Positions 10,201-16,128 of a DNA stretch of 16,128 bases are shown here, one piece after another. Each line of letters opens with the position of its first letter. Position 1 is the stretch's first letter. A program made the position numbers and the translations under genes. The stretch comes from Azolla caroliniana (taxonomy: Eukaryota > Plantae > Polypodiophyta), in contig JBHGNT010000761.1 of assembly GCA_043228905.1 (NCBI GenBank), forward strand, positions 1-16,128. Reading direction: 5' to 3'. The notes beneath the pieces are model-generated. The model was not told the origin of the DNA, ran no database searches, and saw only the letters and a list, made by a program, of their open reading frames with translations.

Positions 10201-11194
10201 GAGGTAAGAGAGGGAGTGTTTTTGCTATTTTTATTGTTGACTCATCGTACCTAAGGTCAGTTCCTAGTACATTGCATAAGATCTTGTGTTCTAATTATAA
10301 GAGGCTGGTGATATAAATACAGAAAAGAATCTTCGAAGCCAAGGAAAGACTTATCAAAGCCAAGGAAAGACTTATCAAAGCCAGTGAAAGACTCATCAAA
10401 GCAATGGAAAGACTCATCAATGCCTGAGAAGGACACGCAGATACTTTCCAAAGACTCACCAATGCTTGTGAACGACACATCTAAGCTTGGCAACACAGAC
10501 ATGTCAAAGACTCTGAAACTAAACTCATTAATGAAAGAAAAATTAGATTCATCAAAGCAACCTAAAAGAAGATACAAAAGATCAGCTAGTTCTCAGCAAA
10601 TGGAATCAAAAAACGAGGTGGCTATCAAGAAACGTGCAAGACCATCTACACGATTAAATAAAGGAAAAGTTTCAGACTGCCCGATCAATTTAGATTCAAG
10701 TAATCTCTCTCCAATAAATCATGATGAAAAAGGATGGATAATCAAGAGAAAATGCCCTCCTCCTGAACATCAAGTGGCCAAAAACAGCGCATCAGCTGCA
10801 ATGAGAACAAAGGTCACAAGTTCAAAGGTAGAGAGTTTTTCCACTTTGAGGAGATTCAATAAGACTTTATATACATACATTCGAAAATTCGATTAACCTA
10901 GAGTTTCTCTGAATTTTACAACAGCAGAAAAATTCGATCAGTGTGCTAACATTCGAAATGGAAGAGGAAACAGTAGAACGAGGTAATTATAAGATTTTAT
11001 ATAATGCATTTGTGGTTTAATTAAACCTTCCTCTTTAGGTAACTTTGCCATTAATTACAGGAATCTCCGCACAAGCCCAAAGTTCTGTTGATGAAAAACT
11101 TGATGATGAGATTCAAGCTAAGATACGCCAGCAAATGATCAAAGCTAGGAGGAAAAGACAGCAATCGTCCTCATCAGTTTCTTGCTCTGGCTAA
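7130..11194 (+). CDS. PRD3: PRD3/PAIR1-like meiotic recombination initiation protein (plant Mer2/IHO1 homolog), 11 exons, about 567 aa
   Basis: join(7130-7224,8433-8673,8940-9105,9206-9340,9469-9521,9653-9838,9934-10023,10163-10203,10323-10827,10925-10982,11061-11194) = 1704 nt. All introns are GT-AG, phases are consistent and there is no internal stop. Matches to the recalled family consensus, in order: MANKLRINRPSPADLASLSVYP ~ MKLKINKACDLSSISVLPP; SQSQQSFSQG; KEVEKRLETLTEDLSKIITVLDSLVGDL ~ EELEQRFGMMETSLSRFGMMLDSIQSDI; EGIKEKVMLQESSIQFL; LEMLPTAF...CIHDELQ; SPINHDEKGW; C-terminal KARRKR. Confidence 0.85.
8433..8673 (+). CDS. PRD3: PRD3-like exon 2 (contains the SQ cluster SQSQQSFSQG...)
   Basis: TTGCAG acceptor, GAA|GTATGA donor, 241 nt open. 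Confidence 0.85.
8940..9105 (+). CDS. PRD3: PRD3-like exon 3
   Basis: Long T tract, then CTGCAG acceptor. An in-frame alternative AG at 8932-8933 adds LQ. A|GTAAGA donor. Confidence 0.8.
9206..9340 (+). CDS. PRD3: PRD3-like exon 4 (coiled-coil start)
   Basis: TTCAG acceptor, T|GTATGT donor; encodes FPSKEVEKRLETLTEDLSKIITVLDSLVGDLHKISRDANNASME. Confidence 0.85.
9469..9521 (+). CDS. PRD3: PRD3-like exon 5
   Basis: TACAG acceptor; encodes SEGIKEKVMLQESSIQFL. Donor is GTCTTA at 9522 or the in-frame GTATCG at 9528. Confidence 0.75.
9653..9838 (+). CDS. PRD3: PRD3-like exon 6
   Basis: TTTTCTAG acceptor, CAG|GTGCCT donor, 62 codons LKEEEKF...IHDELQ. Confidence 0.85.
9934..10023 (+). CDS. PRD3: PRD3-like exon 7
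   Basis: TCCAG acceptor, the only frame-preserving AG among three nearby. GAG|GTTACC donor, 30 codons. Confidence 0.6.
10163..10203 (+). CDS. PRD3: PRD3-like exon 8
   Basis: TACTAACAG acceptor, AG|GTAAGA donor; encodes VASQKSKLPVSNQ. Confidence 0.75.
10323..10827 (+). CDS. PRD3: PRD3-like exon 9 (repeat-rich basic disordered region, NLS-like PKRRYKR / KKRARP)
   Basis: TACAG acceptor, AAG|GTAGAG donor; same frame as supplied ORF 10384..10896. Confidence 0.8.
10324..10491 (+). repeat. Coding 21-bp (7-aa) tandem repeat, 8 units
   Basis: KESSKPR KDLSKPR KDLSKPV KDSSKQW KDSSMPE KDTQILS KDSPMLV NDTSKLG; DNA unit about AAAGACTYATCAAAGCCANNG. Confidence 0.9.
10925..10982 (+). CDS. PRD3: PRD3-like exon 10
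   Basis: CAGCAG (NAGNAG) acceptor, G|GTAATT donor; encodes QKNSISVLTFEMEEETVER. Confidence 0.75.
11061..11194 (+). CDS. PRD3: PRD3-like exon 11 (terminal)
   Basis: TACAG acceptor; ...DDEIQAKIRQQMIKARRKRQQSSSSVSCSG, stop TAA 11192-11194. Confidence 0.8.
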
Positions 11195-11243
11195 ATATGA
11201 TTAGGCAACTCATTGCTAAAGTATACATTAAAATGCATATATA

Positions 11244-11253
11244 AATAAATAAA
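11244..11253 (+). terminator. Overlapping AATAAA poly(A) signals in the PRD3-like 3'UTR
   Basis: AATAAATAAA about 50 nt after the stop codon, in AT-rich context. Confidence 0.35.
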
Positions 11254-11800
11254 TATATATTGTACTCTCTCAAACAACGGGACGTTAATGTGTCCTGTAA
11301 AACTGTGTTTCAGAGGGTAGGAACTGTCAATTCCTAGTCATCCTATGCAAACTGATAATAGCATACCATTGAGAGCCAGTAATTGGGTTGAAATGGTAAA
11401 CCCTGCTGTCATCAATATCTAAGCATATCTTTCTTCCTATCTTTTCATCTTCATCAGTGTTGTATAATTCTCACACACCTGAAGGATCAAGTTTGTGCTG
11501 ATAATATGATTTTTGTGTTTTTGGATCTCAATAATTGATGTGTATGCATGCCCTCTACACACTGTGCGGCATTATTTTCAGCTAAACCTGGAAGTGGTTC
11601 TCGAAGATAAACTTTCTATTGTTGTAATGGAGATATTTGAGGTTAGCCTAGAAGATAAGCTTTCTAAGGTTTTAGCGGTGACTAGGTTTTTCTGGGTGAA
11701 TCTTGAGAAGTTTAGCCTATGCATTCCTGGATAGGTTTTTCCTTAGTTGCCAACGTTTCACATGATTTAAGGTTTCCCTTTAGTTGACATGTAAATCACT

Positions 11801-12028
11801 AAAAAGATTGTTATGACAGTAATTTGGCATATGTTTGGAAATATTGAAAACCCACATTTTGAAAAAGATTGTTATTACAGTAATTTGGCATACGTTTGGA
11901 AATATTGAAAACCCACATTTTGAAAAAGATTGTTATGACAGTAATTTGGCATACGTTTGGAAATATTGAAAACCCACATTTTGAAAAAGATTGTTATGAC
12001 AGTAATTTGGCATATGTTTGGAAATATT
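11801..12028. repeat. 61-bp tandem repeat (minisatellite), 3.7 near-identical copies
   Basis: Unit AAAAAGATTGTTATGACAGTAATTTGGCATAYGTTTGGAAATATTGAAAACCCACATTTTG starts at 11801, 11862, 11923 and 11984 (partial). Copies differ by 1-2 nt. Confidence 0.97.
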
Positions 12029-12802
12029 TGACACGTAAATTACTAAAAGTAAAAACCCACATTTTGACTTTCATCAAACACACAAAATTCCAAGGGGCGG
12101 ATGTATCAGTGTCAATCACATTCAAAGACAAAGTAATGTAGTGTGTCACTCTTTTTCATGGAAGACTGCTCATTATAGTACTGTATTTGTATTATGTTCG
12201 CATATTATGTTGCAGCAATTATTTTTCAACATACAAATTGCACAGTTCTCTGATGTTCTCCCATGTTTTGCATAAAAACGATCAAAGAAACCTCTTTCAC
12301 CAAGATCAAATACTTTTAGAAGCACAGCTTTAATATCAAGTTTTTAATTTGTCTGACACATCAACTCAGTATCCACACTGCAGCCCTAAACGAAATTGGC
12401 ATTCTTAAGACCTAACCAAATTCAGATAATTAACGAGGTGATAGGTGTTTTATCTACCCAGTGAGACATGTTTCACGATATAAGCCTCCAAAATGTCATT
12501 GAACATAAAAATATACACAATAACAGCACATTGATCACAATGATACATTGAATATGATTTGAATGAAACACATTGTAGTTAAATAACACTCCAGGTCAAA
12601 ATCCATAGTTGCAGTTAGATTCTTAACTTTAACCTAATTACCACTTTTCATCCAGGAATTAGTGCCCTTTCCTAAACCATTCATAAGATCACACCAACAG
12701 AGAAGGAATAAAGTTGGGTCGAACCATTTATATGATTATCCAACTGCTTACTTAATTCATACTCAGATTAAGATTATAGCATTGCAAAATGCACTTGAAC
12801 TA

Positions 12803-12916
12803 TCATCAGATTGCAAAATTAATTCTCATGACAAATTAGCAGGCTGCAGAATAGGTTTTTGATACCAATCATCACATTGCAGAATCCATTTTCATGACCA
12901 CTTCTCAGATTGCGAG
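12803..12916. repeat. Degenerate 33-bp tandem repeat (about 3.5 units, A-B-A pattern)
   Basis: tcatcagattgcaaaattaattctcatgacaaa / ttagcaggctgcagaataggtttttgataccaa / tcatcacattgcagaatccattttcatgaccac / ttctcagattgcgag. The TGC core recurs at 12812, 12845, 12878 and 12911. Confidence 0.65.
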
Positions 12917-13111
12917 GTAAAAATTATAAGCTTAGAACATATTTTAAGATTCAAGAAGACATTAGCAAATTCTTGTTAAAACATTAAAGAGAATTGATGC
13001 TCAAAAAATTATCCCCTAAAAAAATTGGCAGTATGTCTTCTCTCTATCTTAGATGTAACATACATACTGCATGAGGGTGATTTCGAATGTTAAAAAGTCT
13101 TTCCTTTATCA

Positions 13112-15268
<2,157 letters not shown>

Positions 15269-15285
15269 CTTCTCCAACGGAAGAC

Positions 15286-15566
15286 CTACAGATGGAAAAA
15301 ACTTCAGACGCAATGAATTTTGAACATTTGGAAACTGACGAAATAAAATAAAGAAAACAACACAGAAAAAATAAAGACGAGACTGACAAAATTACAGAAA
15401 CAAAAAACTGTGCAGATCGTAGAAGCTCCACACTGTGAGTTCGTGCCTTAACAAGACAATATCAGAAGAAGAAGAAGAAGAAGAAGAAGAAGAGGGGGAA
15501 ACAGTGGAAAAAAACAAAAGAAGACCAGAATATCAAGATTCGGACATGTGTTTTTCCATAGCTTAC
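15286..15566 (-). other. 5'UTR (leader) intron of RPS15a
   Basis: Minus strand GCAG|GTAAGC donor at 15566 and TGTAG|GTC acceptor ending at 15286, 17 nt before the ATG. U-rich interior. Confidence 0.85.
15465..15491. repeat. (GAA)9 microsatellite [(TTC)n on the sense strand] in the leader intron; a second (GAA)6 at 15590-15607 lies in the first exon
   Basis: Read directly. Confidence 0.95.
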
Positions 15567-15619
15567 CTGCGAAGGCGAAAGGAAACGGCGAAGAAGAAGA
15601 AGAAGAAACGGAGTAAAAC

Positions 15620-15627
15620 TAGGGTTT
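15620..15627 (-). promoter_or_regulatory. Telo-box AAACCCTA
   Basis: Plus strand TAGGGTTT in the RPS15a first exon/TSS region. This is an established motif of plant translation-machinery genes. Confidence 0.85.
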
Positions 15628-15630
15628 GGC

Positions 15631-15651
15631 GGAAGAGAGAAAAGAAAAGAG
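15631..15651 (-). promoter_or_regulatory. 5'TOP-like oligopyrimidine tract, probable TSS of RPS15a
   Basis: Minus strand CTCTTTTCTTTTCTCTCTTCC: 21 uninterrupted pyrimidines beginning with C, just before the telo-box. Confidence 0.55.
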
Positions 15652-16128
15652 CGAATGCGGGTGGATCTCTTACTCTTTGTACTTCGTTTTTCGTGTTCAC
15701 ATTTGGACGGACGGACGGGAGAACAGCCATGTGCGTGCAATCCAGATTTGGTCTCAAAACCAATCGCCGTGGTAGTAGTGCTTCAAAATATGTGTAGCGA
15801 TTTTGCTGAAACGTCAGTAGTGCATTGGTTGCAAATTAAAGGCCATGGCCATTCTTTTACGATCCCCCGTAAGGGCGTCGTGTTGACATGGCGAAATAGG
15901 ATTGGTTGGAAAAAAATTAAATGACCTAGTTCAGCTTCATTAATAGATTGGGTGGACGGAGGTAGGGACCAAGTGCTGATATAGTTGTCAATGGTGGGTT
16001 GCTCGACATGGCATGCCAATGTTTTGGATCTGTTAGATGGACAAAATATATAAGGATGTGATTGTAACATGGTAGTGAATAGTTGGTTGTAACGACAATG
16101 TTTTGGGTTCTCTATTCATGTTTGCATG

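Noticed and set aside
10257-10577. - strand ORFs with FDKSFLG / ALISLSL repeats
   Set aside because: They are antisense shadows of the 21-bp coding repeat in PRD3 exon 9.
11801-12028. CRISPR-like array
   Set aside because: Units are contiguous and near-identical with no unique spacers, there are no cas genes, and the context is eukaryotic. It is a minisatellite.
12806-12875. Box C/D snoRNA on the - strand (GTGATGA ... CTGA about 70 nt apart)
   Set aside because: No terminal stem, no clear C'/D' boxes and no convincing rRNA antisense element. Both boxes are by-products of the 33-bp repeat.
15435-15797. 120-aa + strand ORF with poly-E/poly-K, and the overlapping poly-F ORFs
   Set aside because: These are translations of GAA/TTC microsatellites in the RPS15a leader exon and intron.

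Overview
Eukaryotic, AT-rich land-plant genomic DNA with GT-AG introns, so the supplied ORF track is mostly noise or exon fragments. Two spliced genes can be reconstructed by hand. (1) A + strand, 11-exon, about 567-aa divergent homolog of the meiotic double-strand-break factor PRD3/PAIR1 (plant Mer2/IHO1 counterpart) at 7130-11194. It has an SQ cluster, a coiled-coil core and an apparently lineage-specific 7-aa repeat expansion. (2) A - strand cytosolic 40S ribosomal protein RPS15a (uS8), 130 aa, CDS 15268-13112, with a 5'UTR intron, telo-box and TOP-like tract, and several unusual substitutions. The two genes converge across about 1.9 kb that holds a young 61-bp tandem array and an old 33-bp array. 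At the left is a probable third, unidentified - strand transcription unit (TATA, ATG at 2674, small phase-1 exons) that may encode a microprotein. The 3.1-6.9 kb interval is decayed satellite/TE-like DNA. I found no CRISPR, rRNA or tRNA, and nothing I can support as a wholly new multi-gene system. Family assignments rest on remembered consensus sequences, not database searches.
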